NCBI GenBank assembly: GCA_022072205.1
Contig: JAJVID010000004.1
Coordinates: 10,242 to 74,241, forward strand
DNA: 64,000 bases
Reading direction: 5' to 3'
Source: Acidobacteriota bacterium
GTDB taxonomy: Bacteria; Acidobacteriota; Blastocatellia; RBC074
In this document: positions 50,268 to 62,341 of the stretch, piece after piece
Position numbering within the stretch: the stretch's first letter is position 1
Layout of the letters: each line of letters begins with the position of its first letter
Made by a program: the position numbers and the translations under genes
Notes under the pieces: generated by a model
Told to the model about the DNA's origin: nothing
The model's input: the letters and a program-made list of their open reading frames with translations, nothing else
Databases searched by the model: none

Positions 50268-50813
50268 TCACATCGTATTCTTCGAGGCCTGGTTTTCAGC
50301 CCAATCCCCGATCAGCGGTAGTTTGGATTGTTCGCCGTGATAGGCTTTGTACATCGCCCATCCTGTTCCGGCCAGAGCGACCAACCGAAGCCCGAAGAGA
50401 AACACGCCTTCCAAAGGCCAGGGCAATATCCGCAAGACGACGCTCAAGACCACCAGCGTGATGAAGAAGAAAATGGATTGCCAGGCGTGAAACCTGACGA
50501 AGCGATCCCGGCTGTATGGCGTGAGCACGAGGAAGAGAATGCCGGTGATGAGCGACAACGGGTAGCAGAGCATCCCCGCAATGTTCGGCTTCAAATCGGC
50601 CTGCGACGCTGGAGATTGATACGGCGCTTGATAAGGAACCTGGCCTTGCCCGAAGCTGAAATCAGCCGGTCGCTGATAATTTGGCGCTTGATAATTCATG
50701 GTCGGAGCGCCAGTGGCGGCGGGTTGAGTGGGGGCCAGTCTTGCTCCGCACTTTTTACAAAATCTGGCGGTTTCCTCCACCTGCGCTCCGCATTGCGTGC
50801 AGTATTTGGTCAT
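50268..50813 (-). CDS. Zinc-ribbon plus DUF4870-type membrane protein
   Basis: MTKYCTQCGAQVEETARFCKKCGARL zinc ribbon, a Q/P/Y-rich linker, and a C-terminal multi-TM domain (LCYPLSLITGILFLVL...). Confidence 0.6.
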   Translation of the reverse strand: MTKYCTQCGAQVEETARFCKKCGARLAPTQPAATGAPTMNYQAPNYQRPADFSFGQGQVPYQAPYQSPASQADLKPNIAGMLCYPLSLITGILFLVLTPYSRDRFVRFHAWQSIFFFITLVVLSVVLRILPWPLEGVFLFGLRLVALAGTGWAMYKAYHGEQSKLPLIGDWAENQASKNTM

Positions 50814-50866
50814 GGGGCTTCTCCTTCGCAATTTCCTGGGGACACATCGCTGATAAAAAATGCAGC

Positions 50867-50938
50867 ATCGTAGGGGCGAGTTTTCCCCGCCCAAGCCTCG
50901 GTAGCAGATGCGGGCGGGGAATACCCGCCCCTACGATG
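50867..50938. repeat. GC-rich palindromic element, second copy of the hairpin nested in the 40676-40838 element
   Basis: CATCGTAGGGGCGAGTTTTCCCCGCCC...GGGCGGGGAATACCCGCCCCTACGATG. It is followed by ttgttgcacattcaaacgcc, similar to ttgtagttaattttcaaacgcc after the 40724-40800 copy. Confidence 0.75.
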
Positions 50939-50991
50939 TTGTTGCACATTCAAACGCCGTCAACGATGCGCGCCCAAGCTTTTCTATTCTG

Positions 50992-53900
50992 TCAAAATGT
51001 TTGTCCGAACCTAATATGAATCGCTCCGCGCGGTTGACGCAAGGCCCCGCCGGTGGCCGTGGTGAACGTGGGCGGGTCAATCAGGAACCCGTAATCAACT
51101 CCGACCGGCCCGAGCGGCGTGTTGATCCGCAGCCCAAGCCCGATCGTGTTTGTCATACCGCCGAATCTGAAATCGCTGACGCGCCTGAAAACATTGCCCA
51201 AATCGTAAAACGGCACGAGCCGCAACCGTTGGCTGAGCGGATAACGCATCTCGAAATTGAAGACTGCCAGCGCGTCGCCGCCCGACGGGACGAGCGTCGG
51301 CAATTCGCCGGGTTTGTTGGGGCGTGGCTCCAGGATGATCTGCGGCCCGGCGGTCTCGAATTTGAACCCGCGCAGGTTTGTCGCGCCGCCTGAAAAGAAC
51401 CGCTCGCTGATCGGCAAACACCGCTCGTCCGGGCCGACTATGCCGTCGCCATTGCAATCGGCTCGGCGCGAAGTCGAAGCCAGCCCGATGCGAGCCGAAA
51501 ACGCCAGCGTCGTCGAACCGAGTAGCGGCGTGAACTGATCGAAAGTTTTATACCGCTGATAAGTCGCGAAGAATTTGTTGAACGATTCCGTCCCGCCGAA
51601 CATTCGCGCGGCGATTGAATGATCGGCGCTGAACAATTGCCCTTTGGTCGGGTTGAGCACGTTGTCGCGTGTGTCGCGCGAAACGCCCACCGAAAACATA
51701 CCCAGCCGGATCGAGCGCTCGTTGCGCGTGACCGCCGTTTCGGGAATGTCTTCCAGGTTGAAGAGCCGGGCGCGTTCCAGGTTGTAGCGGAAACGCATTG
51801 AAGTCTGCTCGTTCAGCTTGCGCTCGGTTTGAATGAACGCCGCGAAACGTTCCAGCCCGAACGAAGTGTTTGCGACGCTCTCTTCCTTGCCGTCAACCAA
51901 CTGGCGGCGCACGAACGGCCGCAGATTGCCGGTGCGGTTGTAAAAGACCGAGACCGTCGTCGGCAGTTTGTAACCGAACGGACGAAGGTCGGTGAACGAA
52001 AGCTGCGAGAACTGTTCGCGGCGGCTGGCGCGCAAACGCAGGCTGAGCGAATCGAGCGAGCCGCCCAGATTGGTGTTCGCGATTTCGGCCAGCCCGCGCG
52101 CTCCGTCGTCGGTCGAATAACCCAAACCGTAAACGAACAGCAGCGGCTTGGCTTCGGTCAGATTGACCGACACCTTGTGCGCCGCGCCGTCGCCGCCGCC
52201 TATCGGTTCGGCGCGCACGCTGACCTCGCGGAACGCGTTCGTCGCGTACAGATCGCGCTGCGTCTGGCGAATCCTGGCGGGCGTCAGAATCTCGCCCGGC
52301 TTGAAATCGAAGTAGCGCCGCACCCAACCCTTGCCGGTTTTGGTCGTCCCGTTGATTTCGATCTCGCTGACGACGGCGCGCGCTCCTTCGTTGATGTTGT
52401 AAACCAGCCGGACTCGCTCGCCGCCGAGTTCGATGAATTCGGGTTCGACGGTCGCTTCCAGAAAACCGCGCTGGGTGTAAAGCTGTTTGATCGCTCCGGC
52501 GCCGATCCGCGCGCGCGAATATGAAAACGCCTCGCCCGATTGAATCGGAACCGCCGCCATCAATTCCGAAGCCGGCGCCGTAACGTTGCCGCGCACGTTG
52601 ACATCGGCGATTTCCGATTGCTCGCCGGTTTCAACGTCGAAGATCACTATCAGGTCGTCGTTGTCGGGTCGCAACGCCAGCCGCGATTTGACGCGCGCGT
52701 TGCGGTAACCGATGTCAAGGAGCTTGCGGCGGATCAATTCCTGGTCGCTGTTCAATCGGTCGCCGCTGGTCAGCCCGCGCACGTAACCGCCGATGATCGG
52801 CAGGTCTTTCAAAAAAGGTTTGCCGCCGAGCGCGCTGGCCGGTTGCGATTGCAATTCGCCGGCGATGTCTTTCAGCTTGATGATGTCCGTGCCTTCGATG
52901 CGAATCTCTTTCAGGTCGTAAATCACGTTCGGTTCGACATCGTAAAAGACGCGCAGGTTCTCGCCCGCGCAATTTTCCGGCTCGCAACGCGCTTTGACTT
53001 CGGCGAAGAAATAACCTGACTCCTGCAAATGCTCTTTCAAGCGGCGCTCGCCCAATCGCATCAGCGAGCGGCTGAAGCCCTGAGTCATCACGGGCAACAG
53101 TTCGCGCATGCGGTTCTGGCTCAGCTTGAAATCCTGAATCTCGCTGACCTTGACCTGCGCTGAGGGCAGTTTCGGGCGAACGATGCGCGTCAGCGAATCT
53201 TTCGGCGCGCCCGGCGCTGAAGTCTGTTCAGGTTTGAATCCGAGCGAGAATCGCTGACGCCCGCGCAATTCAATCGTGAACGCTCCTTCGCGCAAACCCT
53301 GCCGGGCCGCGCTGCCGCCCTGCGTGTAAGTCGCCAGCGTCGAGAAGCGGTTTGACAGCGTGTATTCGGCCAACGCGGTTTGATCCTGTTCGGTCGCCAG
53401 ATTGGTCGAATAGCTCAAATAGAGATTACGCGAAACCTGCTCGCCGACGGTCAGCCGCGCCGCCGGGTTGGTGTTCGGGCGGATTATCGGATCAATCTGA
53501 AACCGGCTGATTCCAAGCAATTGTTCGGTCGGGCGCGAAATCAGTCCCGACGAGAGAAGCGAAGCCGCCGCGCCCACGCCCGTGCGGAACGGGTCCTGAG
53601 CGCCAAGCGCCGCGGCTTCGGTGCGGCCCGTCGTGATCAGCGACAGAATTTCGTCGCGCGTCAGTTGCGGTTCGGAACGCAGCGTCAGGTCGAGATCGTC
53701 AATCGGCCCGACCAGACCGAGGTTGACGCGGTAACCGCTGAAATCGCTTTCGGCCAGCAGGTTCAGCAGCGGCGCCGAACTGCCCGTCGAAGGCAGGTCG
53801 AGCGAGCCGGTGATGATTTCGTAACGCTGCCCGCGAAAACGCCACGCGCCGCCGTCGAGCGTGATCAACCCGTTCGGATCGGGGTTCGTGATCGGCCCGG

Positions 53901-56900
53901 TCAGCGTCAGGATCGCCGTGCCGATGGTATTGATCTGATCGTTCTGGATGATCAGCGAATCGCGCGCTTCGACGCGCACGTTCAAATTGATCGTAGGAAT
54001 TTTGAGTTGAGACGCTCCCGCCGCCGGCCCCGAAAAAGCGCCGAGCGACAGATTGGCGCCTGCGCCCAGCGCCAGATTGTCAATGTCAATGCTCGGAATG
54101 TATTCGGCCTGCGGGATCGTGATTTGCCCGGCGAGCGTCTGTCCCTGCGGCGTTCCGTTGAGCGTCAGATTGCCGTTGATCGTCGCGGTGATCTCCTGAT
54201 AGGCGATCACCGCGTTGATGGCTTTGATGTCGTACCGCCACTCTTTCGGGCGCAGCTTGTCGAGTTTGACCACGCCGTCGGCTTCGAAGCGTCCGTCGTT
54301 GGCGTCGGCGGTGAATTTTTCGAGCCTGATTTGATCGCCGGCGAGTGTGAAGCGGCCATTGCCGTTCGAGATGAAAACCGGCAGATCGCTGGTCGAAAGC
54401 CCGAACCCGTTCACGTCAATTCTGCCGTTCAGCTTCGGCTCGTTGAAGGTTCCAGTCAGCCGCGCGTCAATCGAAGTGGTTCCGAAAAGAACCAGGCCGT
54501 CAGTGACCGCAGGCAGGCGATCAAGATTGACCGAGCCGCCGAGCAAAAAATTCATCGCCGATTTGTCGCGCAAACCGAGCGCCCCGCCGATGTTGAGATT
54601 GACGCCTTCGCCCGTGACCCGCATGTTCGGAATCGTGATCTGCGACCGTTCGAGCGTGATCGTCGCGGGAGTCTCGATCTTGACCGGACTGTCGGCGACC
54701 AGTAGCGCGACATCCATCAGCGTCAATGAGCCGCGCAAACGGTCGAATGTCGGCTCATCGTTTTCGTCAGCCGTCGGCCCTTCGATTCGCAGACTGCCGG
54801 TGACCGCGCCTGTAACCGTTGAATTCAATTCGGGAATGAAAGCGTCAACGAGCGGCGCGATCTCCACGTTGGCCAGATTGCTGTCAATCGTGATGGGGCG
54901 GCCCGGCGCGCGCATCTCCACGCTGGCTTTGATCAGATCGGGTTTGCGTCGTGATTCGGCCTTGCCGTTCGCGCCCAGAACGCCGGTGATCAATTCGGCG
55001 TCAATGCGCCCGCCGGGGCTGGTCTGTGCGGTCAATCGTAATTCGCCTGCGTCGCGCCCGTTGATCTTCACACCTTTGCCCTGCGCGGCGAGTTCGACTT
55101 TCAAACTCTCCCAATCGAGGTCGGGCTGTTTGCCGGTGATGATTTTGCCGCTGATCTGGAAATCGGCGTCGGCTTCGCCTTCGACGCGCGTATCCTTCAA
55201 TTCAAAAGCTTCGGCCAGATTGCCGAGCGAAATCCTGTCGGCTTTGCCGGCAGCGCGGAACGAATAGTCTTCAAGGTTCATCGAGCCGCTCGCGGTCAGA
55301 TGCTGCTGCGGCGTCTGAACCTCCAACTGTTCGAGCGATATTGTCCTGCCCTCGAATTTCAAACTCGCGGCGGCCAGTTGCGCCTCTCTGTCCGCGATCC
55401 TGCCGTCAACCAGATTGACCGTCGCCGCGCCGTTGAATGACGCAGGCAAGCCGGTCAGATGAACTTCGCCGGTGATGTCGCCGGTGATGAATTGATTCGC
55501 GCTCGGCGAATCCGAAGCGGCCAGAATCGTTTCCAGACTCATCCGGTCGAGCGTCGCGTCGAACCTGCCCGTATTCGCGTTTTTATCGAGCGGCGACGCG
55601 AGATCGAATTTCACCGAGCCTCCAGAACCATTGGTATTCGACGCGGTGATCAATCCTTTTTCGACACGCGCCTCCGCTGGCGAAATGAAAACGTGGCCCG
55701 TGAACGATCCCAGAATGGCGTCGCGCAAACCGACGGTTTCGGCGTTCACGTCGCCTTCGACTACAGCTTTCTCGATTGGCCCCGTGACGCGGCCTTCAAA
55801 CTTGAAAGCGCCGATAAGCTGCGGCTCGTACTGTTCGATGTATGGCCGCGCGGCCTCGAAGCCGCGAGCGATCTGAATCATCTGCTCGGCGGAAGTCGAA
55901 TTGAGCGAGACGCGCAAGTCGGAATCGCCATCAACCGAAAGGCTGCCGGTAGCGGCCAGCGTCGAAGCCTCAGTGCCCAGTTTCAGTTGATCGAAATTGA
56001 AGACGCCGTTGACCGCTGTGATCTTCACATCGCCCGTAATCGGCGGCGTGTCTGAAGTCTCAGCCGATTTGCCGTCGAAATGAGTAGTGATCGCGCCGTT
56101 GAGGCTGCGCAGGTCGGAGCCGGCGAAACTCAGATCAACTTCGCCGCTGACTTTGCCTGAGATCGGAATGTCTTTAGCGTTGAAAATCGCCGAGGCCGAT
56201 TTCGTCTCGACATCGGCGAAGCTGGCTTTCACTCGCTGCGTCGCGCCCGGCGCCAGAGGCAGAACGTATTCGCCCGCCACAGTACCGTTGAAGAGCGCGG
56301 CTTTGATGTCGCTTACGGCCAGAGCCGTGTTGTCCAGCGTGGCCTGCGCCGAAGCGCTGGTGAATTGCGCTTTGTTGATCTCGCCGCCAGCCAGAACGGC
56401 GGCGGCTTTGACTTCGTAATTCGCGCCGTTGATCTTCGCGTTCAGGTCGTTCAGCCGGAGGTCGTTGAGCTTGCTCTGAGGCCATTCAATCGCGGCGACA
56501 TTGACGGAAGGAGCGGTGATGGTCGCGCCGCCGCCGCTGTATTCGCCTTTAAGATCGTTGATGACGATTGAGCCGAGCTTGACGTTGTCAACCGCCGCCG
56601 ACTGCGCGCGAATCTGATTGCTGGCGAAATTGATCTGGCCGCCTTTGCCTTTGCCGGAGAAAGGAATTTGCAAGCTGGAGAGTCTGATATTTTTGATCGT
56701 CGCATTATCGGAAACGGCGCTGCCTCTGACCGTGTAATTCGCGCCTTCGCCGTCAATGCGGCCATTGATCGCGGCCAGGCCGTTGATCGCAGCGCCCGGC
56801 GCAAAAACGCGCGACGCTTCGCCGAGCTTCACGCGCGAATCGAAATCGAAGCCGTAACGCGGCGCGGCCCAGTCTTCAATCTTGCCTTTCGCTTTCACTT

Positions 56901-57642
56901 CCGCCACGCCGGATTCGAGCTTCAGGCTTTCAATCTCCGCCAGCTTTTCCGAAACGCGCGCGGTCAGGTCAATCTTGTCGAGAGTGTTTTCGCGGCCTTC
57001 GTGACTGACGCGGCCCTTGCCGCCGAGTCGCAGGCTGATCGTGTTCTGAGGCTGCGGCTGGGCTGTGACTTGCAAATCCTGAACGTCCGCGTCGATCCGG
57101 CGCGAAAGGTCTTTGAAGTGAATCGCGCCTCCGGCGAGCGTCGCAAGCAGTTGAGTTGTGTCGAAAGTGATCGCCTTCGATTTCGGCGGAGCGTAATGCA
57201 CGCCGTCCAGATTCGTGCGGCCCTGCCGGTCAATCTCGTAGTAAAGATCAACACCTTCGACCTCGACGCTTTTAACAGCGATTTCGCGGCTCAACTTCAA
57301 AGCGTAAGGGGCGCGGACTTCGACGCGCGTGTCGGCGCGGTTGATCGTAGCCACGATCTGCCCGGTTTGCGCGTTGTAAATTTTCAGATCGCGGAGCCGC
57401 GCCGTTTGCGTTTCCCAACTGACGCCGAAGCTTCCGATTTCCGCTCGCAAGCCGTATTCGCTGAGCTTGGCTTTGATCTCTCCGGCGACGTAGCGGTTGA
57501 ATTTTTCGGATCGGATGTAGATCAGAATGGCGAGCGCGATGACACCGATGAGCAAAGCGACTCCCGCAATTGCGATGAAGAGGTATTTGAGTCTGCGCGG
57601 ACGCGGATTTGGCGGAGCCTCTGACGCTACAGTTGATTTCAT
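50992..57642 (-). CDS. Giant 2216-aa TamB-like (AsmA/DUF490) protein fused C-terminally to a TamA-like Omp85 (three POTRA domains plus beta-barrel)
   Basis: N-terminal signal-anchor (LKYLFIAIAGVALLIGVIALAILIYI) followed by a long repetitive AsmA-like region. The DUF490 C-terminal signature PIIRPNTNPAARLTVGEQVSRNLYLSYSTNLATEQDQTALAEYTLSNRFSTLATYTQGG lies at about 53314-53470. A linker then leads into three POTRA-like units (VFYDVEPNVIYDLKEIRIEGTD, IVIFDVETGEQSEIADVNVRGN, VRLVYNINEGARAVVSEIEINGTTKT) and a Bac_surface_Ag barrel ending ...HIRFGQTF. It is one uninterrupted ORF. Confidence 0.8.
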   Translation of the reverse strand: MKSTVASEAPPNPRPRRLKYLFIAIAGVALLIGVIALAILIYIRSEKFNRYVAGEIKAKLSEYGLRAEIGSFGVSWETQTARLRDLKIYNAQTGQIVATINRADTRVEVRAPYALKLSREIAVKSVEVEGVDLYYEIDRQGRTNLDGVHYAPPKSKAITFDTTQLLATLAGGAIHFKDLSRRIDADVQDLQVTAQPQPQNTISLRLGGKGRVSHEGRENTLDKIDLTARVSEKLAEIESLKLESGVAEVKAKGKIEDWAAPRYGFDFDSRVKLGEASRVFAPGAAINGLAAINGRIDGEGANYTVRGSAVSDNATIKNIRLSSLQIPFSGKGKGGQINFASNQIRAQSAAVDNVKLGSIVINDLKGEYSGGGATITAPSVNVAAIEWPQSKLNDLRLNDLNAKINGANYEVKAAAVLAGGEINKAQFTSASAQATLDNTALAVSDIKAALFNGTVAGEYVLPLAPGATQRVKASFADVETKSASAIFNAKDIPISGKVSGEVDLSFAGSDLRSLNGAITTHFDGKSAETSDTPPITGDVKITAVNGVFNFDQLKLGTEASTLAATGSLSVDGDSDLRVSLNSTSAEQMIQIARGFEAARPYIEQYEPQLIGAFKFEGRVTGPIEKAVVEGDVNAETVGLRDAILGSFTGHVFISPAEARVEKGLITASNTNGSGGSVKFDLASPLDKNANTGRFDATLDRMSLETILAASDSPSANQFITGDITGEVHLTGLPASFNGAATVNLVDGRIADREAQLAAASLKFEGRTISLEQLEVQTPQQHLTASGSMNLEDYSFRAAGKADRISLGNLAEAFELKDTRVEGEADADFQISGKIITGKQPDLDWESLKVELAAQGKGVKINGRDAGELRLTAQTSPGGRIDAELITGVLGANGKAESRRKPDLIKASVEMRAPGRPITIDSNLANVEIAPLVDAFIPELNSTVTGAVTGSLRIEGPTADENDEPTFDRLRGSLTLMDVALLVADSPVKIETPATITLERSQITIPNMRVTGEGVNLNIGGALGLRDKSAMNFLLGGSVNLDRLPAVTDGLVLFGTTSIDARLTGTFNEPKLNGRIDVNGFGLSTSDLPVFISNGNGRFTLAGDQIRLEKFTADANDGRFEADGVVKLDKLRPKEWRYDIKAINAVIAYQEITATINGNLTLNGTPQGQTLAGQITIPQAEYIPSIDIDNLALGAGANLSLGAFSGPAAGASQLKIPTINLNVRVEARDSLIIQNDQINTIGTAILTLTGPITNPDPNGLITLDGGAWRFRGQRYEIITGSLDLPSTGSSAPLLNLLAESDFSGYRVNLGLVGPIDDLDLTLRSEPQLTRDEILSLITTGRTEAAALGAQDPFRTGVGAAASLLSSGLISRPTEQLLGISRFQIDPIIRPNTNPAARLTVGEQVSRNLYLSYSTNLATEQDQTALAEYTLSNRFSTLATYTQGGSAARQGLREGAFTIELRGRQRFSLGFKPEQTSAPGAPKDSLTRIVRPKLPSAQVKVSEIQDFKLSQNRMRELLPVMTQGFSRSLMRLGERRLKEHLQESGYFFAEVKARCEPENCAGENLRVFYDVEPNVIYDLKEIRIEGTDIIKLKDIAGELQSQPASALGGKPFLKDLPIIGGYVRGLTSGDRLNSDQELIRRKLLDIGYRNARVKSRLALRPDNDDLIVIFDVETGEQSEIADVNVRGNVTAPASELMAAVPIQSGEAFSYSRARIGAGAIKQLYTQRGFLEATVEPEFIELGGERVRLVYNINEGARAVVSEIEINGTTKTGKGWVRRYFDFKPGEILTPARIRQTQRDLYATNAFREVSVRAEPIGGGDGAAHKVSVNLTEAKPLLFVYGLGYSTDDGARGLAEIANTNLGGSLDSLSLRLRASRREQFSQLSFTDLRPFGYKLPTTVSVFYNRTGNLRPFVRRQLVDGKEESVANTSFGLERFAAFIQTERKLNEQTSMRFRYNLERARLFNLEDIPETAVTRNERSIRLGMFSVGVSRDTRDNVLNPTKGQLFSADHSIAARMFGGTESFNKFFATYQRYKTFDQFTPLLGSTTLAFSARIGLASTSRRADCNGDGIVGPDERCLPISERFFSGGATNLRGFKFETAGPQIILEPRPNKPGELPTLVPSGGDALAVFNFEMRYPLSQRLRLVPFYDLGNVFRRVSDFRFGGMTNTIGLGLRINTPLGPVGVDYGFLIDPPTFTTATGGALRQPRGAIHIRFGQTF

Positions 57643-57823
57643 GATCGGGACTAACCAGGACGACCAATTATGAAAGAGTAATGAAAGCGATTTTGGGGTG
57701 CGCCCTATTCTTTTACAAAGCGGATGCGATGGTCAAATAGCATTTGACAGTTCGGCTGGACAGGCTCAGTTTGGCAGGCGAAGCTTGCGGAGCTTCGAGT
57801 CCAAAGCTTAAAGTTGCGACGCG

Positions 57824-58060
57824 ATGGATTTTGAAATTGTCGGCTCCATAACCAATATCGAGGCTATCGCAGCCGGCGTGGGTGTTCGTGATCGAGCCCG
57901 ACTGAGAAGGAAGTATGGCGCGGGGAGATGGCGAAAACTGAAAGGTGTTGCCAGAGTTCGATTGCCAGATGGCGCCATTCGCCTTGCGGAAATTCACTGG
58001 TATGAAGCGCATGGTATAGGTAAAAAGGAGTTCAAGTTGAAGCTGCCGTTTCTGGATTGA
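57824..58060 (+). CDS. Small hypothetical protein, first gene of a low-GC overlapping pair, possibly toxin-like
   Basis: 78 aa (…GAGRWRKLKGVARVRLPDGAIRLAEIHWYEAHGIGKKEFKLK). The local GC of about 50% is well below the surroundings. The stop overlaps the next ORF (ATGA). Confidence 0.35.
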   Translation: MDFEIVGSITNIEAIAAGVGVRDRARLRRKYGAGRWRKLKGVARVRLPDGAIRLAEIHWYEAHGIGKKEFKLKLPFLD

Positions 58061-58302
58061 TTATGAAAGAGAAGCCTCAAGATATTCATTTTGCGATTTG
58101 CCTCGACAACGATGGTTATCAGGCCTCGCTTGAGATCGGGAAGCTTTACCGCATTATCCCTGATCGAGAGGCGGAATTGCACGGGCTTATCCGCGTTGTG
58201 GATGAGAGCGGGGAAGATTACGCTTTTTCCGCGGAGCGATTCCATCCTGTAGTGTTGCCGGTAAAAGTGGAACGGGCGTTGTTGGCTGTTTCTCCTGCTT
58301 AA
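58057..58302 (+). CDS. Small hypothetical protein, second gene of the pair, possibly antitoxin/immunity-like
   Basis: 81 aa ([36 protein letters not shown]...), in the same low-GC islet. Confidence 0.35.
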   Translation: MIMKEKPQDIHFAICLDNDGYQASLEIGKLYRIIPDREAELHGLIRVVDESGEDYAFSAERFHPVVLPVKVERALLAVSPA

Positions 58303-58327
58303 CCGGCGGTTGAATCTTCGAATCTCA

Positions 58328-60259
<1,932 letters not shown>

Positions 60260-60367
60260 ACGCGACGCGCAGTCTCATCGCTCCATTCTCCCCCTTGCTC
60301 TCCACAGCCGAAACAGCGCCCCTTGAACTTCATTAAACTGGGTTACGTGGGAAAGAAGGAGAAAGCA

Positions 60368-62233
60368 ATGAACAGGTTCAGATATTTGTATGCCTTGATG
60401 CTTGTGGCCGCCATTTTTTCGGCTGGCCGTCTTGGGTTGAACGACACGGCTTCGGCGCAAACCGCGATTCAACTCATTCCAGTGCTGAGCGGGTTGGACA
60501 GCCCGGTTTATGTGACCAACGCGCGCGACGGCAGCAACCGGCTCTTCATTGTCGAGCAGACAGGCCGGATCAAAATTCTGCCGCCGGGAGCGGCGGCCCC
60601 GCTATCAACCCCATTCCTCAATCTCTCCGCGAAAATTTCCGGCGGAGGCGAGCGCGGATTGCTCGGTCTGGCTTTTCATCCTCAGTACGCGACTAACCGC
60701 CGCTTCTTCGTCAACTACACGCGGCAGGGAGATGGCGCGACGGTCGTGTCTGAATTCAATGTTTCGGCGGGCGATCCGAACGTCGCCGACATCAACGAGA
60801 AACCCATCATCACCATCGCGCAGCCGTTCTCCAATCACAACGGCGGATGGATTGATTTCGGCCCCGATGGCTTTCTCTACATCGCGCTGGGTGACGGCGG
60901 CAGCGCGAACGATCCGGGCAATCGCGCGCAGAACAAGGATGAACTGCTGGGCAAGATGCTGCGAATTGACGTGAACGCGAACGGAACCGCGCCGTACGCT
61001 TCGCCCTCGACCAATCCGTTCTTCGGCCCAACGCCTGGGCGCGATGAAATCTACGCGATGGGACTTCGCAATCCCTGGCGATGCGCGTTCGACCGCGCGA
61101 CGGGACAGCTTTACGCGGGCGATGTGGGGCAGGGCGTGATCGAAGAGATTGACATCGTCACGCTCGGCGGCAATTTCGGATGGAGGATTTTCGAAGGCAC
61201 GCGTTGCACCAACAACGGCCCCGATCCGTGCGTGGCCGGAAATTACGCGGCGCCGCTGGTCGAATACGATCATTCGATGAACAAGCGTTGCTCGGTGACG
61301 GGCGGCTACGTTTATCGCGGGACGCGCGGCTCGCTCCCCGTTGGCGGTTACGTCTTCGGCGATTATTGCAGCGGCGAGATATTTTTGTGGAATGGCGGAG
61401 CGATGAGCGCGCTGCTCGACACCAACCTTCTGATCTCGTCGTTCGGCGAAGACGAAGCCGGAGAGATTTACGTCGCCGGCCTGGGAGGCTCGCTTCACCG
61501 CATCGCATCGCCTGCGGCGGCGACGGCGGTTTCAGCAGCCAACTATCGCGGCCCGCAACTCGCGCCCGAATCAATCGCGGCGGCGTTCGGACAGAACTTT
61601 TCAACGTCAACGCAAACCGCTCCCGCCAATCAATCGCCGCCCACCACGCTGGCCGGGGCTTCGGTCAAAGTCATTGATTCGAGCGGAACGTCGCGCTCAG
61701 CGCCGCTCTTCTTTGTTTCGCCCAACCAGATCAACTTTCAACTACCTCCAGGCACAACGCCGGGCGCCGGGATGATAGCGTTCACGAACACGAATGGCGC
61801 GGTCTCGACAGGCAGCGTCAACATCACCAGCGTCGCGCCCGGCCTGTTCACAGCGAACGCCAGCGGGCGCGGTCTGGCGTCCGCTGTCGCGTTGAGAGTC
61901 AGAGCGGGCGCGCAAACATTCGAACCCATCCTGCGGTTCGACGCGCAAAACCAGACCGTCTCAATTCCGATTGACCTCGGCCCGGCCACCGATCAGGTTT
62001 TCCTGGTAGCTTTCGGCACGGGCTTCAGATTCCGCAGTTCGCTCGCCGCCGCAACCTCGACCATCGGCGGCACGCCGTCGCAGGTAACTTTCGCCGGGGC
62101 GCAATCGAACTTCGTCGGACTCGACCAGGCGAACATTCTGTTGCCGCGCAGCCTCATCGGGCGCGGCGAAGTGGACGTTGTTTTGACGGTGGACGGACAA
62201 ACGACAAACACAGTTCGCATCAGCGTTAAATGA
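60368..62233 (+). CDS. PQQ-dependent soluble sugar (glucose/sorbosone) dehydrogenase beta-propeller with a C-terminal Ig-like 'Solibacter-type' extension
   Basis: Signal peptide, GSDH motifs ([61 protein letters not shown]), and a roughly 200-aa C-terminal domain (…[20 protein letters not shown]…) resembling the uncharacterised C-terminal domain abundant in Solibacter. RBS GAAGGAG. Confidence 0.75.
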   Translation: MNRFRYLYALMLVAAIFSAGRLGLNDTASAQTAIQLIPVLSGLDSPVYVTNARDGSNRLFIVEQTGRIKILPPGAAAPLSTPFLNLSAKISGGGERGLLGLAFHPQYATNRRFFVNYTRQGDGATVVSEFNVSAGDPNVADINEKPIITIAQPFSNHNGGWIDFGPDGFLYIALGDGGSANDPGNRAQNKDELLGKMLRIDVNANGTAPYASPSTNPFFGPTPGRDEIYAMGLRNPWRCAFDRATGQLYAGDVGQGVIEEIDIVTLGGNFGWRIFEGTRCTNNGPDPCVAGNYAAPLVEYDHSMNKRCSVTGGYVYRGTRGSLPVGGYVFGDYCSGEIFLWNGGAMSALLDTNLLISSFGEDEAGEIYVAGLGGSLHRIASPAAATAVSAANYRGPQLAPESIAAAFGQNFSTSTQTAPANQSPPTTLAGASVKVIDSSGTSRSAPLFFVSPNQINFQLPPGTTPGAGMIAFTNTNGAVSTGSVNITSVAPGLFTANASGRGLASAVALRVRAGAQTFEPILRFDAQNQTVSIPIDLGPATDQVFLVAFGTGFRFRSSLAAATSTIGGTPSQVTFAGAQSNFVGLDQANILLPRSLIGRGEVDVVLTVDGQTTNTVRISVK

Positions 62234-62341
62234 ATGGAGCGCGTGCACTGGGTGCGCAAGATTGATAAGTGAGAGGATCAGCCAGTAGTTATTGACCGGG
62301 TAAGTCCCAAACCCGGTCAGGGCGCGAAGCGTTTGGGTCGA

